Origin: the human T2T-CHM13v2.0 reference genome, Homo sapiens
Assembly: GCF_009914755.1 (NCBI RefSeq)
Contig: NC_060948.1
Direction: 5' to 3' (one strand)
Length of the DNA stretch: 64,000 nucleotides
Part shown: positions 1 to 12,410 of the stretch, in pieces
Numbering within the stretch: position 1 is the first letter of the stretch
How the letters are laid out: every line of letters starts with the position of its first letter
The notes under the pieces: generated by a model
Seen by the model: the letters and a program-made list of their open reading frames with translations, nothing else
Told to the model about the DNA's origin: nothing
Databases searched by the model: none
Made by a program: the position numbers and the translations under genes

Positions 1-2840
1 CACTGTGGTCTGAGAGACACTTTGTTGTGATTTCTGTTCTTTTACAATTGCTGAGGAGTGCTTTACTTCAGGTTATGTGGTCAATTTTAGAATAAGTGTG
101 ATGTGGTGCTGAGAAGAATGTATATGCTCTTGATTTAGGGTGGAGAGTTCTGTAGGTGTCTATTAGGCCAGTTTGTTACAGAGCTGAGTTTAAGTGCTGG
201 ATATCCTTGTTAACCTTCTGTCTCATTGATCTGTTGATTAATGAGACAACATTGACTGTGGGGTGTTGAAGTCTCCCATTATTATTGTGTGGGTGTCTAA
301 GTCTCTTTGTAGGTCTCTAAGGACTTACTTTCTGAATCTGGGTTGTGTATTGGGTGAATATATATTTAGAATTCTTAGCTCTTCTTCATGAATTGATCCC
401 TTTATCATTAGGTAATGGCCTTCTTTGTCTCTTTTGATCTTTGTTCGTTAAAAGTCTGTTTTATCAGAGGCTAGGATTGCAACTCCTACTTATATTTTTT
501 TCTGCTTTCCATTTGCTTGGTATATCTTCTTCCATTCATTTATTGTGAGCTTATGTGCATCTTTGCATGTGAGATGGGTCTCCTGAATACAGCACACTGA
601 TGGATCTTGACTCTTTATCCAATTTACCCATCTGTGTCTTTGAACTGGGGCATGTAGCCTCTTTACACTTAAGGTTAATATTGTTATGTGTAAATTTGGT
701 CCTGTCATTATGACGTTGGCTGTGTAGTTTGCCTGTTAATTGATACAGTCTCTTGATAGCATCGATGGTCTTTAAAATTTGCTTTTGCAGTTGCTGATAC
801 TGGTTGTTTTTTTCCATGTTTAGTGTTTCCTTCAGGAACTCTTGTAAGGCAGGCCTGGTCGTGACAGAATCTCTCAGAATTTCCTTATTTTTAAAGGATT
901 TTATTTCTGCTTCACTTATAAAGCTTAGTTTGGCTGGATATGAAATTCTGTGCTGAAAATTCTTTTCTTTAAGAATGTTGAATATTCGCCCCCCACTCTC
1001 TTCTGGCTTGTAGGGTTTCTGCTAAGAGATCCAATGTTAGTCTGATGGGCTTCCCTTTGTGGGTAACTCAACCTTTCTCTCTGTCTGACCTTAACACTTT
1101 TTCCATCATGTCAACCTTGGTGAACCTGACAATTGTATGTCTTGTGGTTGCTTTTCTCAAGGAGTATCTTTGTGGCATTCTCTGTATTTCCTGAATTTGA
1201 ATGTTGGCCTGCCTTGTTAGGTTGGGGAAGTTCTCCTGGATAATATCCTGAAGAGTGTTTTCTAAGTTGGTTCCATTCTTTCCATCACTTTCAGATACAC
1301 CAATTAAACTTAGATTTGGTCTTTTCACTTAGTCCCATATTTCTCAGAGATTTTGTTTCTTTTTACTCTTTTTTCTCTAACCTTGTCTTCTCAGTTTCTT
1401 TTATTAATGAGATCTTCAGTCACTGATACCCTTTCTTCCACTTGATTGAATCAGCTACTGAAGCTTGTGCATGCATGACAAAGTTCTTGTGCCACAGTTT
1501 TCAGCTCCGTCAGGTCATTTAAAATCCTCTCTACACTATTTATTCTAGTTAGCCATTCATCTCATCTTTTTCCAAGGTTTTTAGCTTCCTTGTGATAGAT
1601 TGGAACATGAAACTTTAGCTCAAATAGTTTTGTTATTACCAACCTCCTGAAGCCTACTTCTGTCAGCTCATCAGATTCATTCTCTGTCCAGTTTTGTTGC
1701 ATTGCTTGTGAGGAATTGTGATCCATTGCAGAAGAAGCACTCAATTTTTAAAACTTTCAGCTTTTCTGCTGTAGTTTCTCTCCATCTTTGTGGTTTTATC
1801 TACCTTGTGTCTTTGATGTTGTTGACCTACAGATGGAGTTTTGGTGTAGATGAACTTTTTGCTTATGTTGATGCTCTTCCTTTCTATTTGTTAGTTTTCC
1901 TTCTAACACTTAGGTCCCTCAGCTGCAGGACTTTTGGGATTTGGTGTAGTCCACTGCAGATTGTGTTTGCCTGGGTGTCACCAGCAGAGGATGCAGAACA
2001 GCAAATATTTCAGAACAGCAAATATTGCTGCCTGATCCTTCCTCTGGAAGCTTCATCCCAGAGGGGCAGCTGCCTATATGAGGTGTCTGTCAGCCCCTAC
2101 TGGGAGCTGTCTCCCAGATAGGTTACACAGGGGTCAGGGACAGATGAGAGGAGGCAGCCTGTCCATTCTCAGACTTCAAATGGCATGCTAGGAGAACCAC
2201 TGCTCTCTTCAGAGCTGTCAGACAGGGACATTTAAGTCTGCCAAAGTTGTCTGCTGCCTTTAGTTCAACTGTGCCCTGCCCACAGAGGTGTAGTCTACAG
2301 GCAGTAGGCCTTGTTGAGCTGTGGTGGGCTCCACCCAGTTTTAGCTTCCTGGGTGCTTTGTTTACCTGCTCAAGACTTAGCAATTGTGAACGCCTTTCTA
2401 CCAGCCAGGCTGCCACATCAGAGCTTGATCTCAGACTGCTGAGCTAGCAGTGAGCAAGGCTCTGTGGGCATGGGACCCACCAAGCCAGGCATGGGACCCA
2501 CCAAGCTAGGCATGGGAGAGAATTACTTTGTCTGCTGGATGCTAAGACCTTGGGTAAAGTGCAGTATTTGGGCAGGAGTGCTCCGTTTTTCCAGGTAGTC
2601 TGTCACAGCTTCCCTTGGCTAGGAAAGGGAAATTCCCCGACTGCTTGCACTTCACAGGAGGGGTGATGCCCTGCCCTGCTTCAGCTCATTCACTGTGGGC
2701 TGCACCCACTGCCCTGCCATTCCCAATGAGATGAACCAGATACCTCAGTGGGAAATGCAGAAATCACTGATCTTCTGCATTGATCATGCTGGGAGCTGCA
2801 GACTGGAGCTGTTCCTATTTGGCCATATTGGAACACCCTC
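1..2840 (-). mobile_element. L1PA (about L1PA7-like) 5' portion: 5'UTR, broken ORF1, start of ORF2; continues beyond the window start
   Basis: Minus strand begins GAGGGTGTTCCAATATGGCCAAATAGGAACAGCTCC. ORF1 fragments (1068-1328 KRPNLSLIGVSESDGKNGTNLENTLQDIIQENFPNL) and the ORF2 endonuclease N-terminus (490-708 MTGPNLHITILTL...CCIQETHL) are present. Confidence 0.95.
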
Positions 2841-2869
2841 AGAAAAAAATAGGATGCATTTTTAAAGGT

Positions 2870-2932
2870 TTTTTTTTTTTTTTTTTTGAGATGGGGTCTC
2901 ATTCTGTTGTCCAGGCTGCAGTGCAGTGGTGT
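2870..2932 (-). mobile_element. Alu 3' fragment with poly-A tail
   Basis: T-run followed by GAGATGGGGTCTCATTCTGTTGTCCAGGCTGCAGTGCAGTGG. Confidence 0.8.
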
Positions 2933-3019
2933 GGAGAGTGCTTCCTCCACACACTTCCCTGTCCCTTTCAATCAACTGGCTGTGAGATCACTGAAACCAG
3001 AGATCTCAGGTTCAGAACA

Positions 3020-3125
3020 GGCCCAAGTGGGGTTGTGGCTGCCCCTCTGCATTTCAAGGTCACTGTGTGGCATAATGAGGTCTTTGGCTGCAGAAAAGGG
3101 CATTGCGTTTTCTGAGGAGGGCTTG
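3020..3125 (+). other. PRY: candidate upstream PRY exon (donor at 3126; 5' boundary uncertain)
   Basis: Consensus donor TTG|GTGAGT at 3126-3131, about 820 nt before the acceptor at 3941-3942. The 5' boundary is a guess. Confidence 0.4.
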
Positions 3126-3180
3126 GTGAGTTGATTTGAGAGACAACACAAGCACCAAGATTTGGAATGTCCCAGGTTAG

Positions 3181-3766
3181 TGTTGGGGAAACCAGCCACA
3201 TAAGACCCAGTGTGTACCCCGAATCTGGAGGAGACAAAGGTGTTAGAAAGAGACAGAATAAGCACTTAAAAGGTAGGTCCAGGGCACCAGAGCATTGGAG
3301 ACTTGCTCATGGCCTGGAGCTCTCAGGCTCCACCCAATTTATTGGTTTACAAATTCTTTGTCCTTAAGGAGATGGGAGGGGGAGGAAGGAATAAGGAAAA
3401 GGATTAAGCAGTGAAGGAGAACTCATCAGCCATTCAATAAGATGTATAGCACTGGTGGTTTCTGTGAATTTCCTTGAGCAAAGGCATGTGTCTAAACTAC
3501 TTAAGATCTTCAACTTATCATGACTGAAATGGGTGGGAGTGGGTTTCAGGAGGAGCCAAGATGTTTTATTATATTCCACTGCTTCAAGGGAACGTTATCT
3601 TCCTGAGCAACCAGTGGAATGCCGCTGAGTGGTTATGCTCTGGGGGCATAAATACATGAAGGTAATAAGGAGATTTTTCTTCTCAGAGGCTGCCCATGGC
3701 TCCCCATGGGTGTCTCATACAGGGGAGACCAACTTAATTGGCACCCCAGAAACTTTGTTTCCCACA
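3181..3766 (-). mobile_element. solo LTR, LTR14C-like (HERV-K14C)
   Basis: TG...CA termini and a perfect 5-bp TSD GTTAG (3176-3180 / 3767-3771). Minus strand starts TGTGGGAAACAAAGTTTCTGGGGTGCC, resembling the LTR14 family; subfamily is from recall. Confidence 0.8.
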
Positions 3767-3994
3767 GTTAGTAATTATGGGTTGTTGGTTTAGACCAAAG
3801 ATAGGGCCAGAGATGAACAAAGAATATTGGGGTGCCCCTGTGGTAACAGCATTTTCCAGCCAGCAGGCTTGCTTTACCTGCTGGGAAGAAGGATGTACCT
3901 CAGAGTCCCACAAAACCTCTTCTCCCATCTTATCTCTTTTAGAGAGACATGAATAAAATGGGCCTCAACAATCCCAAGAGACCACTCAAGGACA

Positions 3995-4063
3995 ATGGGA
4001 GCCACTGGGCTTGGCTTTCTACTTTCCTGGAGACAAGACAATTTGAATGGCACTGACTGCCAG
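3995..4063 (+). CDS. PRY: PRY/PRY2 first coding exon (MGATGLGFLLSWRQDNLNGTDCQ)
   Basis: ATG at 3995, donor CAG|GTACT at 4064, polypyrimidine/AG acceptor at 3941-3942. The translation matches the PRY N-terminus as recalled. Confidence 0.93.
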
Positions 4064-4689
4064 GTACTGTCATCATATGGGCCATGAGAACATCTCACCT
4101 GTTCAGTACCCCTCTACATTTTAGTGGGGACTAGGACATGGAATATGTGTAGGGATGATAGTGCCCTGTCACTGGGATCAGGACAGACCACAGGGAAGGG
4201 GAAGCTGCCAGCAAGGAGCCTGGGTCAGGGGCCAGGTTTGGGAAGCAGTTTCCTCTGACCCAACACTTGTTCCTGCAGCTGGACACATTACCTAAATTTA
4301 TGTCTATTTTGGAGAATGGTGAAAACAGACTTAGAAAAAGACACTTGTAGGCCGGCCACCTAAAGACAAACTCAGCTGTCATTGTGGTGTGTTTATTTTT
4401 AGTATTTTGTTTCTTTTGCTTTTCTCATGTTTCTGCTACATATCAGTACTTTTTTGAGCAGCCTCCCTGCACTCTGTGATCTTTACTTGATGAGGAGGAT
4501 CATTTAAGAATAAGAAAACTGGAGGCTGGCCTGCTGTGGATCTGTTCTACATTTAGGGCTGTCCTAAATCTTGTCTGGCCTTCACACCATGTGCACATTT
4601 GCTCCTCCTTTCCACATACCATTAGGATATTAGCATCTTTCTTGACACCTCTTGGGCCTGCTTCCATTTAGATCCTGCCCTGCCCAGGT

Positions 4690-4840
4690 ATGTGTCCCTA
4701 AGCAGGTTCATGTGACCTTTCACCTGTAAAATAGAGATGGTGCCAGGATCTGCCATGGGGATTTTTGCAAAGCTTAAGTCAGGCTGGTTGTCAAAAGCCT
4801 AAGAGTACAATTGAGACACAGTGAGCATTCATGAAATACC
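4690..4840. mobile_element. MIR-like ancient SINE remnant
   Basis: CTGTAAAATAGAGATG core motif and a CACAGTGAGCATTCATGAAATA end. Confidence 0.45.
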
Positions 4841-6171
4841 AATGCTTTATTATCAAGTGCTGCCTAATAGTTCTTGAGGATCAACCATCATTTAATCCCA
4901 TAACTATTAAGCTCTTGATAATTGTTTTCCTATTTTCAATACTGGAGGACAACACTTCATTGAAGGTCATTGTAAATAAAGTGCTAATATATTATCAGTT
5001 TCCAGTAATAAGCTTTATTAAGCGCCTCAAGGGGGCCAGGTAATTCAGAGCCTGACCCAAGTCTTTGCAGCCACAGGGAAAACGGTAAAGGCATGTAATT
5101 TGTTATATCCTGGGGTCCACAGCCACCAGTAGCCAAATTGAAACAGGAACCCACATTCCTGAGCTTGGCTTCAGTTTCTTTCCAGGTCCTACTGCTCTGG
5201 CCTGAGAGAGCCTCTGCCCACCAAAATACGGTGTTCTCTGTTTCCCACAGGCCACTGCAGGGTGGCAACATGTACCAGTAGGGGCCCAACCATGATGTCG
5301 CCACCCTCCCCCTCATCTTTCCTGCTCATTACCTCTGCCCTCTGGCTGCTTGCAGTAACATGATGGACCCCTCTATGGCTGCACCTGCATCATGGCTGGT
5401 TCCTCTAGCATTGGCATCCTCCAAGAAAATTTCCTTCCAGACTGTGCAGTTGGTCTACTGCTAGCGGCTGGACTTCATGATGCACTGCAGACACCTCTGT
5501 GGCTGTGTCTATTGATACCCTTGCTGATGGCTACACGTGGATCTGCTTTGGACAGATCTTGAGTTTTTGAGCTGGATGTGGTGATTACTTGAGTCTTGTT
5601 TGAGGGAGTGGAAGTGTGGGTAGAGCTAGGATTTTCTGCTGGAATCTGTGGTGTTTAATTAGATGTGGAACCCGTACCCTGGAACAGAGAATCTTCCTAG
5701 AGTCTCTGACACCACAAATTACTTCCCATATATTTTATTTTGAAAATAAAAATATATGCACATGACTGAAAAATACAGAGATGAGGCAAGGGTAACTCAG
5801 AAGGAACTGCCACCATGTGCACCTAACCCTAGTCCCCTGAATTACCTGTTAACACCTGGTACAACAGAGGAAGGCTGAGTTTCTTAGACCTCTGACCTTT
5901 CCTCCACCCTCACACAATGATAGAAATATCATGATTTTAGTTTCTTTCTTAGTTATCATTGATGTTGAAAGTAACTGTAGAGTATATGTATATTTATGTA
6001 TATATTTTTTCAATCCAATGCAATAGAATCTTGTGACTTTCTTCTTGTAGGAAGTATATTGGCACTTTGAATTCACCTACATTTCTTGGTATTCTATAGG
6101 TATATACATATTTTTTCTTTAGCTTTCTCTTTTCTTGGAGTTTCTAATTGCCTTTTCTTCTTTCTTTCTAT

Positions 6172-6265
6172 TTAAAATTAAATTAAAATTAAATTAAATT
6201 AAAATTAAATTAAATTTAAAATTAAATTAAATTAAGTTGGAACTAAATTAAAATTCAAATTAAAT
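6172..6265. repeat. (AAATT)n simple repeat
   Basis: Repeated AAATT/AAAATT units. Confidence 0.85.
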
Positions 6266-6649
6266 CTCCTTTTATCACATCCTTATCATCTTCCCTCATT
6301 TCTAACCTCCCACCTGAAAAATCACTGGTGGACACCTTCCGTTTTCCTGTTCCTATCCCACCAACATCTCTCTAGGCCTGGGGTGGAGCTGTCATTCCCA
6401 GAGCTTTTATAACTGCCTCCCTGGGTTTTTACATGTCAAATGCTATTTCGCTACTGCAACTATGGGACAAATCTCCCAGAGAGCTAACCACTTTTCTTAG
6501 GTTTATTTTGTTAATTGTATGTGGTTTTGAAATATTTTTTAGATTCTGTCTTCCAATTTTTGAGAGTTACACATTTTAAGAGAATTTCAAGCTGTTGTTC
6601 CTAATCTCTGAATTTTCCTATTATCTTCCTAAATTTTGTTATTTTTCAG

Positions 6650-6765
6650 GGATGCAATATTTTATACTTCTCTGAGACTACGGGGAGCATGTGTTCTGAA
6701 CTTTCCTTGAACAGAGGTCTTGAGGCCAGAAGGAAGAAGGATCTTAAAGACTCATTTCTCTGGAG
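6650..6765 (+). CDS. PRY: PRY/PRY2 second coding exon (GCNILYFSETTGSMCSELSLNRGLEARRKKDLKDSFLW-R)
   Basis: Acceptor TTTTTCAG at 6648-6649, donor GAG|GTGAGT at 6766. The 116-nt exon is phase-compatible with both flanking exons. Confidence 0.93.
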
Positions 6766-7479
6766 GTGAGTTGTCTGTTGATCATATTTGCCTTTGTTTG
6801 TTTTTTTTGTTTGTTTGCATTTTTTAAAAACTGTTGGTCTCTCACGTTTGCCTCTGTAATTAGCATTAAGGCTGAAATGGGGATTGTCACACGCTCATTT
6901 CACATTGGGACAAGAGGAACTGGCCTTCAAACCAGGGGCCTACAAATGGGAAGGATGATTTCCTCTGGGAATCCCTAAGCTTCCTTCTTTCCTCTGCAGA
7001 AACCTTCACCTTCAGTTGCCCTGCTGCTTCCTTGGCATGGCGATGTTCTTCCTCCACTTGCAACCTGATCACACAACTGTGGACATTGTTCTCATGGCTT
7101 TTCCCTTCTCTTTGTCGTGAAGAGAGAAGATGCAACCCGTTTCTCTACTATGATGGAACCAGAATGTCCATATTAGAACTTTAACATTATTTCCTCTACA
7201 TCAGAGGCCACATTGGCTTCTGCCTGAAAGAGGAAATTGCAGAAAACAGACACAAGGATGGGAAGGTCACATTGACATATAAAGTTCCTGAGGGGCAGCT
7301 GGGTATTGTGTTAGGTGGTCACTCTTCTGTTCAGGAGGAAGGACTGTGTGAGCCTTTCCCAAAGGCCTGTTCAGTGTCTGAGCTCAGGGCCAACTTAATT
7401 TCAGTGTGCAGCCTTATAGATTAGGAAAAGAAAACAATCTGCCTCATCAGGTCTCCTGCCCAACCTTATTCCTTGCTCT

Positions 7480-8070
7480 GGATCATGATTGCTTATTTAA
7501 AAACAGCTTTGTTGGCATGTGATTGGCATATGGTAAACTGCACCTGTGTAGATGGAAGAACTGATGGTTTCTCCATGTGAGTATTTCATTCACCGCAAGG
7601 CCAGAAGTGTGATGAAGGTCATGAAAACACATCTTCCTCCCATCAATAACGATCACTCCCTGGCCACCCTAGGACCACAGATCTGCTTCTTTCACTAAAA
7701 ACTTGTGGGTATTTTATAGAATTACAGGTAAATACAGTATGTACTTGGGTCTTTGTGCGTCGTTCTGATCTGGCTTCTTTTATTCAGCAGAACTACTTTC
7801 AGAGTCACTCTGTTCTGAGTGCATCAACAGTCCATTCCTTTTCATGCTGAGCCACATGCCATTGTATAGATGTGCCACAGCTTGTTCACCCTTCTTCTGT
7901 GTATGGGCATTTGGGCTCCTGGTTTGGGACCATTATGTGTAAGGATGTCATGAATATTTATTTATGTATGTAGCCTGTGAGCTTGCCTTCATTTCTCATG
8001 GTTCATTCCTAGGAGTGCAGTGGCCACATCATGTCATGGTAGGTCTGCATCGACCTTGTTAAGGAATCAC
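7480..8070 (-). mobile_element. old L1M 3' fragment
   Basis: Antisense L1M 3'UTR motifs such as TCTGGCTTCTTTTATTCAGCA and CCATTGTATAGATGTGCCACAG. Confidence 0.6.
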
Positions 8071-8851
8071 TGTCCCTTGTGCTAAGTGTTTGGTCCATTG
8101 CCTGCTTTCTCTCTTGCTCCCTCTGATTTAGTCATACAAACCTCTTGTATCCTTCACCCTCCAGGGCAATAACTTCTTAGCATACCGCCTTTCTTTACAC
8201 TTGGAATCACCAGCTCCTTCTTTATGTGCTGGCTCTGATTCCCTCACTAAATTTGCCCTTTGTGCCCCATGTGTGACCCATTCCCATTGATACACCCTAT
8301 GTATGAGAGGGCTTTGGGATAAGAGACTGTTTCTGATGAGTATCGAGTACTACAATGGCTCTGAATGGAAGAAAGATGACTGGGTGGGTCTTGTCAACCA
8401 TTGTCCCTGGAGCTCATCTTTGTTGTTACAAATAAGTCTGGGTGTGGCCTGGGCATATGTTCAAGTACTCGCAAACCTTTTCTAAATGACAACTGGAGAC
8501 CAGGCCATGGGCTGGAATGTGAGTATGAAGTTACTTGGAAGCTGTGTGATTGAAAGTGAGTCACTCAGTCACTGGATCCTGGCATTTTTCTCTACATGTG
8601 GGACTACCCATACTTTGCAGAGTTGCTGTGAGTTCACCTGAGTAAGACACCTGCATGCACTTGTGATCAGAAAATGTTAATTTCCCTTTATTGAAATGGA
8701 ACAACCCATGGATATTATGTGCTGAGGTCTGGATCAAAATAGAGCATGATACTGAAGACCTTGTAAACCCTGAGGAGGCATCACTGATCACTGGGTGTCC
8801 GGAAAGGCAGCAGAGAAAAACTGACCTGGAAGTGAAATTGGCCCGTGGGTT

Positions 8852-9586
8852 TGTTACAGTTGGTTAAACAGTCATGAGTGGGGCAAGAGCGGGTTCTCCA
8901 CATCCGCATACCAGGAATGTCAGGCCATCGGGTGATGGTTGGACAGTTATCATATTGCTTCTCTAAAAATAATAATTTAGCGGCTGGGGCCAGGGATAGC
9001 CTGATACACAGCTGGTAACATTAAAGTGTTAATTAAACTCACATGCCAGAGAGGAGGAAAAAGGGCGTCCCATAAAATCTCAGACATTGGATGACTGAAC
9101 CCAGGAGTGCACATTAAGAGACAAAATGGTGGAGTATGACTTTCTGGGGTCACCCCACCAATAAAAGGGAGGAAGCCTCAGATGGGCATACATATAACTG
9201 CTTAAACACACTGTCTATACTTACTTCCCAAGGGTAAGGAGGGCACTGTGCCTGTGGGCAGCCCATGCTAGGGGAAGAATCATGGGAAAGGGTGCACCAG
9301 ATGCTGGCGGTAGGCCAGCCTAAAATGTCCCAGAAGGAAGGTTAATGGCCACACTTCTTCAAGTCACCCATTTGGATCTCTTTCGAGTGCAATTTTCATT
9401 CTTTCCTGCTCTAAAGCTTTTTAATAAACGTCCACTCCTGCTGTGAAACTTGCCATGGCATTTTCTTCCTTCTTCCTTCTTTATGCCCACCAGTTGAATT
9501 CTTTCACCTGAGGAGGCAAGAATTGATATTGCTAAAGACCCGGACGGATTTGCTGCCAGTAACTCAGATACTTTTCACCGGTAACA
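8852..9586 (+). mobile_element. solo LTR, MER50-like (ERV1)
   Basis: TGTTACAGT...GGTAACA termini, internal AATAAA at 9423, and a near-identical 4-bp TSD (GGTT/GGTC). Confidence 0.8.
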
Positions 9587-9769
9587 GGTCTAGGAGCTGG
9601 TGGACACAATGGCTGGAGTATGTGTCCAGAATGTGCCTGCTCAGGCCCCAGGCACTTCCGGACTGTGGGGGGACTTGAACCCCAGGTTAAGGGGACACCA
9701 TGGAATGAGAGCTCAGCCTGCTGTTGGAATACTGGGGATAGGATATTTTTTACTGAAGTAAATCCCCTA

Positions 9770-10690
9770 CCTATTAAGGAACTACTACCCAATCTGTCCT
9801 CTTTCTGACCCCTGACAATTAGCAAATCTGCTTTCTTTCTCTATGAAATTACTTATTCTGGACATTTATATACATAAAATCATACACTATGTGACTTTTG
9901 TGCTTAGCTTCTTTAAACACAATGGTTTTGCAGTATCTTCACATTGTAGTATGAGTGTCTCAATCTTTTTATGGCTAGATATTATGCCATTGTATAGGTA
10001 TACTACATTTTGTTTTCCTATTATTTGTTTGTGGACATTTGGTTTGTTTCCACATTTTAGTTATTGTGAATAATTCTTCCATGAGTATATGTGCACACAC
10101 AGTTTTGTTTGAATACCTGCTTTATATTTTTTGTGTATATACCTGAGGTGGGGGGGATTTGCTGGTTTCTATGATGGTTCCATGTTTAGCTTTTTGCAGA
10201 AACACCAAACTATTTTCCACAGCAGATGAACTATTTTACTTTTGTTTTTCTCCACTTCCACGTCAACCCTTGTTCGTTCATGGTTTTTAAATAATAATAA
10301 TTACAATGGGTGAAAAGTGGTGTCTTCTTGTGGTTTTGATCTGCATTTCCCTGAAATAAGTGATGTTGAGCTAATTTTTATGTGTTTTTGTGTGTGTGTG
10401 TATCTTTGGAGAAAAGTATTTTCAATTTCTCTATCATTTTTTTAATTGGGTTGATTGTCTTTTTGTTCTTGAGTTGTAAGAATTTCTCCTATATCCTGGA
10501 TACTAGGCCCTTACCCTTATATATGACTTGAAAATATTTTGTCCTATGCTGTTGGTTTTCTATTGACCATCCTGATAGTGCCCTTTGAAGCATGAAAGAT
10601 TTTAGTTTTAATGAAGTTCAATTTATCTATTTTTTCTTTTGTTTTCTGTGCATTCTCTGTCATACCCAGGAAACCATTAACAAGTTCAGT
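9770..10690 (-). mobile_element. old L1M(B) fragment
   Basis: Antisense L1 ORF2-end/3'UTR motifs (GTGGTTTTGATCTGCATTTCCCTGA, GGACATTTGGTTTGTTTCCA). Confidence 0.7.
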
Positions 10691-10699
10691 GCCAATAAG

Positions 10700-10985
10700 C
10701 GCAGAAAGATATGTTCGACATCATTAGCCATTAGGTAAATGGATATCTAAATCACAATGAGATTATCACCTTAAACCCACTAGAATGTCTTTTTTTTTTT
10801 TTTTGAAAAAGGGAGAGTTGGGGAGTATGTGGAGAAAATGGAACCCTTGTGCATTGCTGGTGAGAATGTGAAATGGTGGTGATGGTTGCACAGTAACATG
10901 AACATACATAATGCCACTTACCTGTACACCTACAAATGTTTAGATTGGTAAATTTATGTTACGTTTCTTTTACCACATACCAAAA
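10700..10985 (+). mobile_element. L1MB 3' end fragment
   Basis: CATCATTAGCCATTAGG...GGTGATGGTTGCACA...AAATTTATGTTACG...TTTACCACA. Confidence 0.65.
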
Positions 10986-11067
10986 AGGCTTCCTGAGAAC
11001 TAGTCCTGAGATAGTTCCATGTGGAAAGAAGAGGACCCTTCTCTCTCCTAGAGTGAGTAGAAGCCTT

Positions 11068-11392
11068 TGTTTTTTGTTGCTGTTGTTGTTTTGTGTTTGT
11101 TTTTGTTTTGAAACAGAGTCTTCCTTTGTGGCCTAGGTTGGTGTGCAGTGGTGTGGTCTCTGCTCACTGCAAGCTCCAACTCCCATATTCATGCCATTCT
11201 CCTTCATCAGCCTCCTGAGTAGCTGGGACTAAAGGTGCCCACCACCATGCCTGGCTAATTTTTGTATTTTTAGTAGAGGTAGGGTGTCACCGTGTTAGCC
11301 ATGATGGTCTCAACCTCGTGACCTAGTGATCCACCCAACTCAGCCTCCCAAAGTGGTGGGACTGCAGATGTGGTGAGCCACCACATCTGGCT
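11068..11392 (-). mobile_element. Alu (Y/Sc-like, diverged)
   Basis: Full dimer with TSD GAGTAGAA(G/A)CCTT at 11055-11067 and 11393-11405. Confidence 0.92.
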
Positions 11393-11844
11393 GAGTAGAA
11401 ACCTTCTTATCATGCTTGTACTACACACTCCTGGCTCTTCCACACACCAAGCATGACCTCACGAACCAGAGGCAGTCTAAGTCTAACTGGCCCATTTGTA
11501 CCCCCTTTCCAACATCCTATTCCCCTATTCAACTCACTCTCTTTCCCCTACAAACCACTGTACATCACAGGTCTGCTTACCTTCTCTGTAGACATTTCTA
11601 TAATGTCATAGAAATATGATCATAAAATACATGATCTCTTCAGACTGGCACTTTTTGTTATTATTGTTTTCTCATTATTCTATAATTGCTGCCAAAAGAA
11701 GCAGGCATGTGTTGTGCCACAGAAAACTGATCATATTCTAAGCTCTACTTAGTAAAAACTAAAAAAAAAGAAAGAAAAAAATATGCTAGTACATATTGTC
11801 GCATTTATCCTGTTATTTTTTTAATTCATGATTTCTACAATGAA

Positions 11845-12178
11845 TAAATGGATGAATAAAGCACACAGATATTATGCTTTGCCAGTCCAGCTGAACATCA
11901 AGCTGCTTACAGACTACAGGCAAATTATTGCAAACAGTTTTGACTGTGGCCCCAGCCAGCTAGTGAGACTTGCATTTATTCAGTAAGGATTAATTGACCA
12001 AGGCTCTAGTTAACACCACTAAAGGGTAATTGACAGTGTGGACTTCCCAGTTAGAAAGCAATTTAGCACTGTGCTAAGTCAAATATTAGTCTTAGGACCA
12101 CATGACTAAGCAAGCTACTTAGGTAAACACCCCGCATTCCTTTGTTTCTACTCTAACTTATTTAACTAAAGGTAAAAG
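11845..12178 (-). mobile_element. LTR22-family (HERV-K22/HML-5) LTR, partial
   Basis: Minus strand reads CCTTTTACCTTTAGTTAAATAAGTTAGAGTAGAAACAAAGGAATGCGGGG...AATAAATGCAAGTCTCAC...CAGCTGGACTGGCAAAGC. Confidence 0.7.
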
Positions 12179-12410
12179 GCCATCCTGTCTAATATGGTGA
12201 AACCCCATTTCTACTAAAAATACAAAAAATTAGCTGGGCATGGTGGCGGGTGCCTGTAGTCAAAGGTACTTGGACTCAGGAGGCTGAGGCAGGAGAATGG
12301 CAGGAACCTGGGAGTTGGAGCTTGCAGTGAGCTGACATCGCAGCACTGCACTCCATACTGGCCAATAAAGCGAGACTCTGTCTCAGAAAACAAAACAACA
12401 CAAAACAAAA
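12178..12410 (+). mobile_element. 5'-truncated Alu
   Basis: CCATCCTGTCTAATATGGTGAAACCCC...GCGAGACTCTGTCTC followed by an A-rich tail. Confidence 0.88.

Noticed and set aside
2467-2516. 21-bp tandem duplication in the L1 5'UTR, and similar short duplications at 25711-25775, 29677-29750 and 33344-33381
   Set aside because: Ordinary local slippage duplications; there are no spacers, so not CRISPR-like.
5251-5600. acceptor-like TTTCCCACAG at 5250 suggesting an extra PRY exon
   Set aside because: No recognisable homology or clear donor, and the 147-aa ORF is complete without it.
5700-5735. possible antisense U1 snRNA remnant (ACCACAAATTA...TTCCCATATATTT)
   Set aside because: Only about 25 nt with a gap; too short to support without a search.
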